Shown here: in pieces, positions 48,023-56,923 of the stretch
How the letters are laid out: every line of letters starts with the position of its first letter
Position numbering within the stretch: the stretch's first letter is position 1
Source: Oscillospiraceae bacterium
Lineage (GTDB): Bacteria; Bacillota; Clostridia; Oscillospirales; JAAYXM01
NCBI GenBank assembly: GCA_015067485.1
Contig: SVMJ01000002.1
Coordinates: forward strand, 15,401-79,400
Reading direction: 5' to 3'
DNA length: 64,000 bases
Made by a program: the position numbers and the translations under genes
The notes under the pieces: model-generated
Databases searched by the model: none
Seen by the model: the letters and a program-made list of their open reading frames with translations, nothing else
What the model was told of the DNA's origin: nothing

Positions 48023-48493
48023 TTACGCTCCTTTGAATTTGGATTTGATACGAGTATATTCTGCAAACCCTGTTTCAGAGAGCAGAGTTTCCATGTCAAG
48101 TTCAGATGCCTGTTTGAGATAGGACCGGCACGCCGCCTTGTCCCCATCGTCTTCCGCTTTGATGAGCTTCCACAAAATCTCATATGCGTAAGACGTTTCG
48201 CTCAGTGTGGTCTTCGATACCTCGAGTTCTTCATTCAATGCTTTTACCTGTTCTTCCAGCATTGCATTTGTTGCACTCACCTGCTCAAGTCGGCTTTCAA
48301 AGCCTGCCGCGACCTCAGTCTTTTCGGTGAGTTGCTGTTTTGCTTGGTCAGCCTCACGAGAAAGGCGCGCTTGCTGCAGATATGAAAACAAAATCAAAAC
48401 ACTTGCAAACAAGAACAAAGCGATGGTGTATCCGACCAAAAAGCGCTTATTTTTCTTTTTTCTTGAACGTTTCTTGGGAGTTTGCTGATCCAT
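48023..48493 (-). CDS. Hypothetical membrane-anchored coiled-coil protein
   Basis: 156 aa with a basic N-terminus ([11 protein letters not shown]), one TM helix, then heptad-rich sequence. Lies 5 nt upstream of serS and 20 nt downstream of parB. No family recognised. Confidence 0.5.
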   Translation of the reverse strand: MDQQTPKKRSRKKKNKRFLVGYTIALFLFASVLILFSYLQQARLSREADQAKQQLTEKTEVAAGFESRLEQVSATNAMLEEQVKALNEELEVSKTTLSETSYAYEILWKLIKAEDDGDKAACRSYLKQASELDMETLLSETGFAEYTRIKSKFKGA

Positions 48494-48513
48494 AATTTAC
48501 TTCCTTTCCCGCG

Positions 48514-49383
48514 TCAGCGCTTTTTCATAATCTGTTCCAATTGACCGATCAACTGTTCCAGATCGTCGTTTCCGTAGTATTCCAATTCGATGCGACCTTT
48601 TTTACGACCGCTCACCAAAGTAACCTTACGTCCCAAACGTGACGTCAGTTTACGCGCCACTTCGTCTAAGTAATTTACAGTCACACCGGTCGGTTTCTTC
48701 TTTTCGGGTATGCTCTCCTGCTGAATTTTTTTCACCAAAAGCTCGGTTTGGCGCACGCTGAGCCCATTTTCCAAAATCTGCTTTGCGAGCGCTTCCTGCT
48801 TTGCGGAATCTGTGATTGCAAGCAGTGCGCGTGCGTGTCCTGCGCTCAAAGATCCGTCTGCCACCCAAATACGGACTTTATCGCTGAGTGCGAGAAGACG
48901 AAGCGCATTTGCAACCGCGGGTCGGGATTTGCCAACGCGTTCTGCCACGCCTTCCTGCGTGAGCTGATACTGTTCAATCAGAGTCTGATATCCTTCCGCT
49001 TCTTCAATGGGGTTTAAGTCCTGACGTTGCAGGTTTTCCACAAGCGCCAGTTCCATCACCGCACGGTCATCCGCATCCACAATGTGCACCGGGACCTGCT
49101 TGAGCCCTGCTTCACGCGCCGCACGCCAACGGCGTTCCCCTGCGATGATCTGATAACGGCCACTCGGCAGTTTTCTTACTGCAAGCGGCTGCAAAATGCC
49201 ATGTGTCTGAATGGAAATCACCAATTCCTGAAGTGCTTCCGGCTCAAAGGTTTTACGCGGTTGCGCCGCATTCGGTTCTACTTCGGATAAATTGACCAGA
49301 AGCGGTGAAGTATTCTCGAATTTTGCCTGCGCGTCGCTGGAAAACAACGCGGAAATCCCCTTGCCAAGTCCTTTGGAACTCAT
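48514..49383 (-). CDS. parB: Chromosome partitioning protein ParB/Spo0J
   Basis: MSSKGLGKGISALF...PRKTFEPEALQELVISIQTHGILQPLAVR...IIAGERRWRAA (CTP-binding GERR motif)...HTH LTQEGVAERVGKSRPAVANALRLL. Its ATG overlaps the parA stop (ATGA). Confidence 0.9.
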   Translation of the reverse strand: MSSKGLGKGISALFSSDAQAKFENTSPLLVNLSEVEPNAAQPRKTFEPEALQELVISIQTHGILQPLAVRKLPSGRYQIIAGERRWRAAREAGLKQVPVHIVDADDRAVMELALVENLQRQDLNPIEEAEGYQTLIEQYQLTQEGVAERVGKSRPAVANALRLLALSDKVRIWVADGSLSAGHARALLAITDSAKQEALAKQILENGLSVRQTELLVKKIQQESIPEKKKPTGVTVNYLDEVARKLTSRLGRKVTLVSGRKKGRIELEYYGNDDLEQLIGQLEQIMKKR

Positions 49384-50156
49384 TTGGATTCCTCCCTTAG
49401 CGTATTTTTCGCAATCAATTCTTCTGCCAAACTCATATAGGATGCACAACCCTTGGAAAAACGGTCATACGCCAGCACGGGTTTGCTATGGCTGGGTGCT
49501 TCCGCAAGGCGTACATTGCGCGGAATCACGGTAGAAAACACCTTTTTGGGGAAGAACCGCTTAATTTCCTGCGCAATTTGAATTGCAAGATTGGTGCGCG
49601 AGTCAAACATGGTGAGTAAAACGCCCTCGATATCCAAATCCGGATTCAGCTCCTTTTTCAGCATAGAAATCGTTGTAGTGAGTGAACTCAGTCCTTCCAA
49701 AGCGTAGAATCCACAGTCGATCGGCACGATGACCGAATGTGCCGCACATAACGCATTGATGGTGAGCTGCCCCAAAGACGGCGGACAGTCAATCAAGACA
49801 AAATCGTACATATGTTCGATTTTCTGCAATACATTGCGGAGCAAGTAGTGGCGATCATCGATTCCCAAAAATTCAACTTCTGCACCGACTAAGTTGGTGT
49901 TTGCGGGCAAAAGATCGCCATATTCAGTGTTTCTGATCGCAGCTTCCGCGTCGCATTGACCAATCAAAAGATTATAAATTGTGGCAACGTCGTCCTTTTT
50001 GTCATACCCAAGACCAATGCTTGCATGACCTTGTGGATCCATATCACAAAGCAAAACGCGTTTGCCGCTCATGTGCAAAGCCGCCGCCAGGTTCACGCAA
50101 GTCGTGGTTTTTCCGACACCGCCTTTTTGGTTTGCGATCGCAATCATTTTTGCCAT
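49380..50156 (-). CDS. parA: Chromosome partitioning ATPase ParA/Soj
   Basis: MAKMIAIANQKGGVGKTTTCVNLAAAL...VLLCDMDPQGHAS...IDCPPSLG. Confidence 0.9.
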   Translation of the reverse strand: MAKMIAIANQKGGVGKTTTCVNLAAALHMSGKRVLLCDMDPQGHASIGLGYDKKDDVATIYNLLIGQCDAEAAIRNTEYGDLLPANTNLVGAEVEFLGIDDRHYLLRNVLQKIEHMYDFVLIDCPPSLGQLTINALCAAHSVIVPIDCGFYALEGLSSLTTTISMLKKELNPDLDIEGVLLTMFDSRTNLAIQIAQEIKRFFPKKVFSTVIPRNVRLAEAPSHSKPVLAYDRFSKGCASYMSLAEELIAKNTLREESK

Positions 50157-50238
50157 GGAGACACCTGCCTTTTGTTGGTTTTCAATCAATGTATTTATCA
50201 TACCACATTCTATTCCAATTTTCAACAAATAAATCGCT

Positions 50239-50254
50239 GTTTCACGTGAAACAG
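50239..50254. promoter_or_regulatory. parS site (perfect palindromic 16-mer)
   Basis: TGTTTCACGTGAAACA matches the Firmicutes parS consensus TGTTNCACGTGAAACA. It is embedded in a 28-bp perfect palindrome AATCGCTGTTTCACGTGAAACAGCGATT (50233-50260). Confidence 0.85.
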
Positions 50255-50257
50255 CGA

Positions 50258-50737
50258 TTATTTTTTATGCACATGTAAATGGATGGTAATCATCGCAGGA
50301 CCGCCATGTTCTGTGATTTCAACCAAATGCCCGTTTGACTGCAGATTTTTTGCCGCTTTGTGGATGCTCTCATAGATCGGAAGAAGTTCTTTGCACACGG
50401 CAGGAACGGTTTTCGGCGCAGAAAGCAGAAGTTCGTCGATATACGCTTCGGTGGTGCTCACGTTATACCGATGTAAAATAATATGTTTAAGCGCGATCTC
50501 GCGCCGTTCTTCGGGCAGGCGCAGGAGAGCGCGTGCATGGCGCTCGGTCAGATTGGATGCAAGAATTTTCTCCTGCAGAACGGGCGAGAGCTGCAGAAGA
50601 CGCAATTTATTGGAGAGCGCGGATTGCGTAAAACCTAAGCGTTTTGCCGCATAAGTTTGTGAAAATCCTTGTAATTTTATCGTTTTTTTGAGTGTTTTTG
50701 CTTCTTGAAAGAAATTCCGTGTTTTTTCTGCCGACAC
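50258..50737 (-). CDS. ParB/Noc-like HTH protein lacking the N-terminal ParB/CTPase domain
   Basis: 159 aa. GFSQTYAAKRLGFTQSALSNKLRLLQLSPVLQEKILASNLTERHARALLRLP aligns by eye with the HTH block of the ParB encoded at 48514-49383. No GERRxRA-type block is present. It occupies the noc slot upstream of parA. GTG start. Confidence 0.6.
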   Translation of the reverse strand: MSAEKTRNFFQEAKTLKKTIKLQGFSQTYAAKRLGFTQSALSNKLRLLQLSPVLQEKILASNLTERHARALLRLPEERREIALKHIILHRYNVSTTEAYIDELLLSAPKTVPAVCKELLPIYESIHKAAKNLQSNGHLVEITEHGGPAMITIHLHVHKK

Positions 50738-50834
50738 ACAACATCACCGCCCTTTGATTATTATCATAACAAGATATAGTGGTTTATGCAAGAAAAGTCG
50801 TGCGACAGAACCGGGCAAATTCACCTGATTTTTG

Positions 50835-50875
50835 CAGAAAAAAAGAAGAAGCGACCGAGATACTGTCGCTTCTTC
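50835..50875 (-). terminator. Terminator after rsmG
   Basis: On the minus strand: GAAGAAGCGAC-loop-GTCGCTTCTTC followed by TTTTTTT. Confidence 0.65.
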
Positions 50876-50903
50876 GAAGAATCAAACAATCTGTGCGATA
50901 AGT

Positions 50904-51596
50904 TTAGAGCGGAGACTTTTGGATTTTCGCAAATCGCCGCGGATATTTTTCGGGAGTGGGTGCGATTTTCTCGATCACGATCAAACTCCGTGCACAGTCA
51001 CTGCCCGGGAAAGAATACACTTTTCGATCTGCCAGCGTTCCGCCAAGGGTCGTGATTGCGTTTTCCGCCGATTGCAGTTCTTCTTCACAGTTTTCTGCTT
51101 TCATGGCGAGAAGTTTCCCGCCGACTTTCAAAAACGGCAGGCACAGTTCGCAAAGCATGGGAAGTGCCGCAACCGCGCGGGAAACCGCGAAATCATAGGA
51201 TTCGCGTGCATCTGTGTGTGAAAATTCTTCCGCGCGTCCGTGAATGCAGGAAACATTGGGAAGATTCAATTCTTCACAAACCGAAGACAGGAAACGGATG
51301 CGTTTTTCCAAACTATCCAGCAATGTCAAGGATATGGACGGGTTTGCGATCTTCAAAGGAAGCCCGGGAAAACCTGCACCGCAACCGACATCAATTACAC
51401 GCGCATTTTCCAAAGAGAAAAACTGCATCAACGCAAGAGAATCGTAAAAATGGCGGGAATATACGTCTTCCGGGGTTTCGATCGCGGTCAGATTCATCAC
51501 GCGATTGGTCTCAAGCAACATGGAACAATAGGTGGAAAACCGTTCTTCTGCCTGCTCGGGCATGGGTTTTTGCAGAAAATCAAACATTCTTTGCAT
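50904..51596 (-). CDS. rsmG: 16S rRNA (guanine527-N7)-methyltransferase
   Basis: NLTAIETPEDVYSRHFYDSL...VIDVGCGAGFPGLPLKI (SAM motif). Confidence 0.9.
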   Translation of the reverse strand: MQRMFDFLQKPMPEQAEERFSTYCSMLLETNRVMNLTAIETPEDVYSRHFYDSLALMQFFSLENARVIDVGCGAGFPGLPLKIANPSISLTLLDSLEKRIRFLSSVCEELNLPNVSCIHGRAEEFSHTDARESYDFAVSRAVAALPMLCELCLPFLKVGGKLLAMKAENCEEELQSAENAITTLGGTLADRKVYSFPGSDCARSLIVIEKIAPTPEKYPRRFAKIQKSPL

Positions 51597-51606
51597 GAGA
51601 AACCTC

Positions 51607-53469
51607 CTATACGCCCATATAAAGCAGCAGAGCGGTGATATCTGCAGGGCTGACGCCTGAAATACGGGAAGCCTGACCGATAGAGCGCGGACGGATCTTA
51701 TTTAACTTTTGCCGCGCTTCGATGCGGAGCATCTTGAGTTCATCGTAATTGATGTCTTCGGGGAGTGTGAGCGCTTCCATGCGCTTGAATTGCTCAATTT
51801 GTGCTTCCTGACGCTTGATATATCCCTCGTATTTCAAGGAAATTTCCACCTGCTCACAAACGTCTTCGGGGAGAATGGGGCGAGACGGGTCAAACGGCGC
51901 GAGCAGCGCATAGGAAAGTTGGGGTCGGCGGAGCAAATCCGCGAGTGAAACACCCGACTTCATCGGGGATGTTTCACGTGAAACAAGAAGTTCATCCAGT
52001 TTGGGCGACGGGGAAACGTGTTGCTTTTCCAGTCGCGCGATCTCTTGGTCTACTTTGCGGTATTTTTCCAGCACGGATGCATGGCGTTCTTCCGAAATCA
52101 AGCCGACATCCCGACCGATTGCGGAAAGGCGCAAATCCGCATTGTCCTGACGGAGCACCAAACGGTATTCCGAACGCGAAGTCATCATGCGATAAGGTTC
52201 ATTCGTGCCTTTTGTCACCAAATCGTCGATCAAAGTGCCCAGATACGAGGTTTCACGCCCTAAAATAATAGGTTCTTTTCCGTCGATTGCGCGGGAAGCG
52301 TTGATACCTGCAATCAAACCTTGACCTGCCGCTTCTTCATAGCCCGAAGTGCCGTTAAACTGCCCGGCGCCGTAAAGTCCCGGGACTGCCTTGGTTTCGA
52401 GCGATGCGTGCAGCGCAAGTGGATCAATGCAGTCGTATTCGATCGCGTAAGCGGTGCGCATAATTTCTGCTTTTTCCAAGCCGGGAATCGAGTGGATCAT
52501 TTGAATCTGAACGTCTTCGGGAAGCGAAGATGACATGCCTTGGATATAGAGTTCTTCGGTGTTCAGCCCCATCGGCTCGATGAAGAGTTGATGGCGCTTT
52601 TTCTCGGGGAAACGCACGATTTTATCTTCGATGGACGGGCAGTAGCGCGGTCCGATGCCTTCAATATTGCCCGAGAACAGCGGAGAACGGTGTAAATTAT
52701 CGCGGATGATCTGATGAGTTTCGTCGGTGGTGTAGGTGAGATAGCACATTGCGCGGTTTTGCGGTTTTTCCTTGGTGGTAAAGGAGAACGGCTGTGTATC
52801 AACATCCCCATATTGCGGTTCCATCTTGGAAAAATCCACCGAACGGCGGTTGATGCGCGCGGGAGTGCCGGTTTTGAAGCGAAGCAGGGGAAGCCCCAGT
52901 TCGCGCAGAGAATCGCTGAGATCGTATGCGGCAAACATCCCGTCGGGACCGCTGTTTTGAGTGATTGGTCCCACAATGGTTTTTCCGGAAAGATATGTAC
53001 CCGAGCAGATGATCGCGGCTTTGACCGGGAAACGTGCCCCTGTGCGGGTCTGTACATAGGAAACGCGACCGTTTTCCGCGCCGATCGCAACCACTTCGGC
53101 TTGGCGCAAGGAAAGGTTTTTCTGCGCTTCCAGCGTATGCTTCATGTACGCCTGATAAGCACGGCGATCTGCCTGTGCGCGCAGAGAATGGACGGCAGGA
53201 CCTTTTCCGCGATTGAGCATCCGATACTGGATGCAGGTCGCATCTGCGGCTTTGCCCATTTCGCCTCCGAGCGCGTCGATCTCGCGGACCAAATGCCCTT
53301 TTGCTGTACCGCCGACCGCGGGGTTGCAAGGCATATTGCCCACCGCGTCCAAATTGATGGTAAAGCAGATGACGCGTTTGCCCAGACGTGCGGCACTGAG
53401 CGCGGCTTCGATCCCGGCGTGACCTGCGCCGATGACCGCAATATCAAATGTTTCAGCGATGTATTCCAT
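51607..53469 (-). CDS. mnmG: tRNA uridine-5-carboxymethylaminomethyl modification enzyme MnmG
   Basis: [23 protein letters not shown] (FAD motif)...[24 protein letters not shown]...[11 protein letters not shown]. Confidence 0.95.
   Translation of the reverse strand: MEYIAETFDIAVIGAGHAGIEAALSAARLGKRVICFTINLDAVGNMPCNPAVGGTAKGHLVREIDALGGEMGKAADATCIQYRMLNRGKGPAVHSLRAQADRRAYQAYMKHTLEAQKNLSLRQAEVVAIGAENGRVSYVQTRTGARFPVKAAIICSGTYLSGKTIVGPITQNSGPDGMFAAYDLSDSLRELGLPLLRFKTGTPARINRRSVDFSKMEPQYGDVDTQPFSFTTKEKPQNRAMCYLTYTTDETHQIIRDNLHRSPLFSGNIEGIGPRYCPSIEDKIVRFPEKKRHQLFIEPMGLNTEELYIQGMSSSLPEDVQIQMIHSIPGLEKAEIMRTAYAIEYDCIDPLALHASLETKAVPGLYGAGQFNGTSGYEEAAGQGLIAGINASRAIDGKEPIILGRETSYLGTLIDDLVTKGTNEPYRMMTSRSEYRLVLRQDNADLRLSAIGRDVGLISEERHASVLEKYRKVDQEIARLEKQHVSPSPKLDELLVSRETSPMKSGVSLADLLRRPQLSYALLAPFDPSRPILPEDVCEQVEISLKYEGYIKRQEAQIEQFKRMEALTLPEDINYDELKMLRIEARQKLNKIRPRSIGQASRISGVSPADITALLLYMGV
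51970..51985. promoter_or_regulatory. parS site (perfect 16-mer) inside the mnmG coding sequence
   Basis: TGTTTCACGTGAAACA, translated as ..VSRETS.. in MnmG. Confidence 0.8.
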
Positions 53470-53478
53470 AACAAGACC

Positions 53479-54048
53479 TCATTGGGATAATTTTGCGCGC
53501 GCAAATTTTGAGCGCGATTCGGGGACAAGAGAAAACCGCGTGGCGAGAAGTGCGCCGAATGCTTCGAGTTCTGCCTTGGTACCGCGTTTGAGTTCGAGTT
53601 CCAGTTCGCAAAACGGGAGAGTTCCGAGCGTTCCCACATCGATGCACAGTTCAAATTCGGTTTGCTCGGAGACCGAAATCCGCGTCATGCGACGGAGAAA
53701 CCGCGCGGTTGCACACGGAATATACGGGGGAGGCGGAAGCGTGGGTGCGCCAAGAGATGCGAGCGCGGGGAGCGCTTCATCGATGGTTTCGGCAGAAACT
53801 TCCCATTCACCGCGCTCGTGTTCCCCACGCGGGGTTTTCACGGTGAAGCGGGTTTCTTCGTTTTCTTTTCGCATACGGAATGTAATGCGCGCATCCTGTA
53901 AAACACGCGCGGGGGTGTCAAAATAGGTGCTTTCCATGCGGAGCTCATGAAAATCTGAGACGAAAAAAGAGGAAAGCCACGCATCCAACATTACGTCGGG
54001 AATCTTTGATTCTTCCAAACGGAACTTGAGTTCGATTTCCTTGCTCAT
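53479..54048 (-). CDS. CYTH-domain protein (triphosphate tunnel metalloenzyme)
   Basis: MSKEIELKFRL begins with the ExExK signature of CYTH/CyaB-ThTPase proteins. 189 aa. Its ATG overlaps the ATPase stop (ATGA). Confidence 0.7.
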   Translation of the reverse strand: MSKEIELKFRLEESKIPDVMLDAWLSSFFVSDFHELRMESTYFDTPARVLQDARITFRMRKENEETRFTVKTPRGEHERGEWEVSAETIDEALPALASLGAPTLPPPPYIPCATARFLRRMTRISVSEQTEFELCIDVGTLGTLPFCELELELKRGTKAELEAFGALLATRFSLVPESRSKFARAKLSQ

Positions 54049-56639
54049 TTTTGCACCTTCAAAGCCGCTTTTTTGATGAGATAGACAAGTTCGTGCACCA
54101 AGACGGGCGCGAGAGAAAGTGCGAAAATAAAGAGCAAATGCGCACCGCTCGGAAGCACGGTGTCGAATACGAGCGAAAGCGGCGGAATCAAAATGACCAG
54201 AGCAAGCGAGACCACGCCGAACAGAAACGCCAAAAGCAGGGTTTTATTCTTGTGGATATCGCTCTGAAAGACCGAGGAGTTATGCGCGTGAATGCCGAGA
54301 GAATGGAACAACTGACTGAGTGCCAGGGTCAAAAATGCACAGGTGCGCGCCAAAAGCAGGTCGTTTGTGGAGACCAGAACGGTCTGATACGCGATCAAAG
54401 TGATTACCGCGATCAAAATCCCGTAGCCGCCGACAAGCCCCCAACCGCCGTTGGCGAACAAGCTTTCTTTCGGGGAGCGCGGGGGATGCTGCATCACGTC
54501 GGCATCTGCTTTATCGATGCCGAGCGCGAGTGCGGGGAGTGAGTCGGTGAGCAGGTTGATCCACAAAATATGCAAGGGAAGAAGCGGGGACTGCCAGTTG
54601 AGCAGTACCGCGATCAAGACTGTGAACAGTTCACCCATGTTGGAGGCGAGCAAAAATACGATTGCTTTGCGGATGTTGGTAAAAATGGTACGACCTTCGC
54701 TCACCGCGTGTGCGATGGTATCGAAACGGTCATCGGTCAGCACGATATCCGATGCTTCCTTCGCGGCATCTGTACCTCCCTGACCCATGGCAACCCCGAT
54801 ATCCGCGGCTTTGAGCGACGGTGCGTCGTTGACCCCGTCCCCCGTCATGGAAACCACGTGTCCACGTGCTTTGAACGCATTGACAATACGGACTTTGTGG
54901 CGCGGATCGACACGGGCAAACACCGTAACATCTTCGATGATCTCATAGAGTTCTTCGTCGGAAAGTGCGTCCAGTTCAACGCCGGAAAGTACGCGGTCAT
55001 CCTTGCGGAACAAGCCGAGTTCTTCGCCGATCGCGGCGGCGGTGATCTTATGGTCGCCCGTGATCATCACGACTTTGATGCCAGCTTCGTGGCACATACG
55101 GATGGAATCGGAAACTTCGGTACGGGGAGGGTCGATCATGCCAGTAAGCCCCAAGAATACCATGTACTGTTCGCGCGGTGTCGCATCGCCTGCACGCATC
55201 GCATACGCAAGCACGCGGAGCGCATTGTTTGACATGGAAAGTGCTTGTGCATCAATCGTTGCGCGGTCTTCGTCGGTCATGGTACGGATGCCGTCGCGCG
55301 TCCAGATATGACTGCAGTTGGGGAGCAAAACATCCACCGCGCCCTTGGTATAGGAAACCGTGGAATCGCCTGCCGCGTGCAGCGTGGTCATGGTTTTGCG
55401 GATCGAATCAAACGGGATTTCACCGACACGGGGGAAGGATTTTTCGAGCGTTTCTTTGGTGATTCCGTGCTTTTTGGCAAATTCGAGCAGTGCAAGCTCG
55501 GTCGGGTCTCCAATACGGGAATCGGAAACGGTGGCATCGTTACAAAGCACCATATTATGGAGCATCGGGCGAAGCACATCAGTATCGCCGCCGTTTTCAA
55601 ACAACGTTCCGTCAATATAGGAAGAAACGACCGTCATACGGTTCTGCGTAAGCGTTCCGGTTTTGTCGGTACAAATCACGGTAACCGAGCCGAGCGCTTC
55701 TACCGCGGGAAGACGCCGCACGATCGCGTGTTTTTGCACCATACGGGTAACGCCGAGCGCCAAAACAATGGTAACAATGGCGGTAAGACCTTCGGGAATG
55801 ACCGCGACCGCAAGGGAAACCGCGGTGAGCAGTAAATCCATCGTGGGAAGGCGGTGTAAAAATCCAATCAAAAGAATCAAAGCACACGCGGAAACCGCGA
55901 AAATCCCCAAAACTTTGCTCAGCCACACGAGTTTTTTCTGAAGCGGGGTCTTTTCGGTCTCTTGTTCGTTCATCATCGCCGCGATTCGACCGACTTCGGT
56001 GGAAATCCCGGTCGCGATAACGATGCCCCGTGCGCGACCCGCGGTTACAATGGTGCCTTGGAATGCCATGTTTTTGCGGTCGCCCAGCGGGAGATCGCCT
56101 TCCGCAAGAAATGACGCGTCCTTCTCTACCGGAACAGACTCGCCTGTGAGCGCGGATTCGTTGATCTGGAGATCGGAAGTCTCAATCAAACGCAAATCTG
56201 CGGGGACGCTGCGACCCGCATCGAGCAGGACGATGTCGCCCACCGCGAGTTCTTCCGCGGAAATCTCAAGCTGGACCCCATCACGAATCACGATACAATG
56301 CGTAACCGTGAGTTTTCGGAGCGCTTCCAGCGAATGTTCGGCTTTTTGCTCCTGCACGGTACCGATCACCGCGTTGAGTACCACGATGGCAAGGATGACC
56401 AGAGAATCCACCCATTCGCCGAATGCGGCGGAAATGACTGCCGCGACCGCGAGAATATAAATCATCGGCTCGTTGAGCTGGTGTAAAATCGACTGGAACA
56501 GGGAAACAGACTTCTGTTCCTGCAGGGAATTTGCACCGGATTCCGCCACGCGCGCCTGCGCGCTCTCGGATGTAAGCCCATGCGCTAAGTCAGAATTCAG
56601 GCGTTTCGCCGTATCGATTGCGGAAAGTTTGGAATACAT
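54045..56639 (-). CDS. Cation-transporting P-type ATPase (Ca2+-ATPase-like, P2 type)
   Basis: TGES, ICTDKTGTLTQN (phosphorylation site), MITGDH, GDGVNDAPSLKAADIGVAMG, and about 10 TM helices. Confidence 0.9.
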   Translation of the reverse strand: MYSKLSAIDTAKRLNSDLAHGLTSESAQARVAESGANSLQEQKSVSLFQSILHQLNEPMIYILAVAAVISAAFGEWVDSLVILAIVVLNAVIGTVQEQKAEHSLEALRKLTVTHCIVIRDGVQLEISAEELAVGDIVLLDAGRSVPADLRLIETSDLQINESALTGESVPVEKDASFLAEGDLPLGDRKNMAFQGTIVTAGRARGIVIATGISTEVGRIAAMMNEQETEKTPLQKKLVWLSKVLGIFAVSACALILLIGFLHRLPTMDLLLTAVSLAVAVIPEGLTAIVTIVLALGVTRMVQKHAIVRRLPAVEALGSVTVICTDKTGTLTQNRMTVVSSYIDGTLFENGGDTDVLRPMLHNMVLCNDATVSDSRIGDPTELALLEFAKKHGITKETLEKSFPRVGEIPFDSIRKTMTTLHAAGDSTVSYTKGAVDVLLPNCSHIWTRDGIRTMTDEDRATIDAQALSMSNNALRVLAYAMRAGDATPREQYMVFLGLTGMIDPPRTEVSDSIRMCHEAGIKVVMITGDHKITAAAIGEELGLFRKDDRVLSGVELDALSDEELYEIIEDVTVFARVDPRHKVRIVNAFKARGHVVSMTGDGVNDAPSLKAADIGVAMGQGGTDAAKEASDIVLTDDRFDTIAHAVSEGRTIFTNIRKAIVFLLASNMGELFTVLIAVLLNWQSPLLPLHILWINLLTDSLPALALGIDKADADVMQHPPRSPKESLFANGGWGLVGGYGILIAVITLIAYQTVLVSTNDLLLARTCAFLTLALSQLFHSLGIHAHNSSVFQSDIHKNKTLLLAFLFGVVSLALVILIPPLSLVFDTVLPSGAHLLFIFALSLAPVLVHELVYLIKKAALKVQK

Positions 56640-56676
56640 GAAAACCCTCCCGATTGAATAAAATTGTGTACCTTAT

Positions 56677-56706
56677 ATTATACCGCCAAGTAAAAAACAT
56701 TGTCAA
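56677..56706 (-). promoter_or_regulatory. Candidate promoter of the ATPase-CYTH-mnmG-rsmG unit
   Basis: On the minus strand: TTGACA, 18-nt spacer, TATAAT, about 35 nt upstream of the ATPase ATG. Confidence 0.55.
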
Positions 56707-56753
56707 GGCAAGTGCGAGTCCCGTAAAAAAACCTGCAAATTTTTGGAAAATTC

Positions 56754-56782
56754 TTGACAGTAGAGCGGAAAAACAATAAAAT
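56754..56782 (+). promoter_or_regulatory. Candidate rny promoter
   Basis: TTGACA (56754-56759), 17-nt spacer, TAAAAT (56777-56782). Implies a ~135-nt 5' UTR. Confidence 0.55.
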
Positions 56783-56923
56783 AGAAGTAACGTGCGATAG
56801 TTTGCGCATCGCCGGACTGTGATTGGGACTTGCAAAATAGCAGGTTAGATACATAATGACAACCAAATACAAGAAGGTATGACGCGGACCGCACTGAAAA
56901 TATATTTTGGAGGTGGTCCTCGA

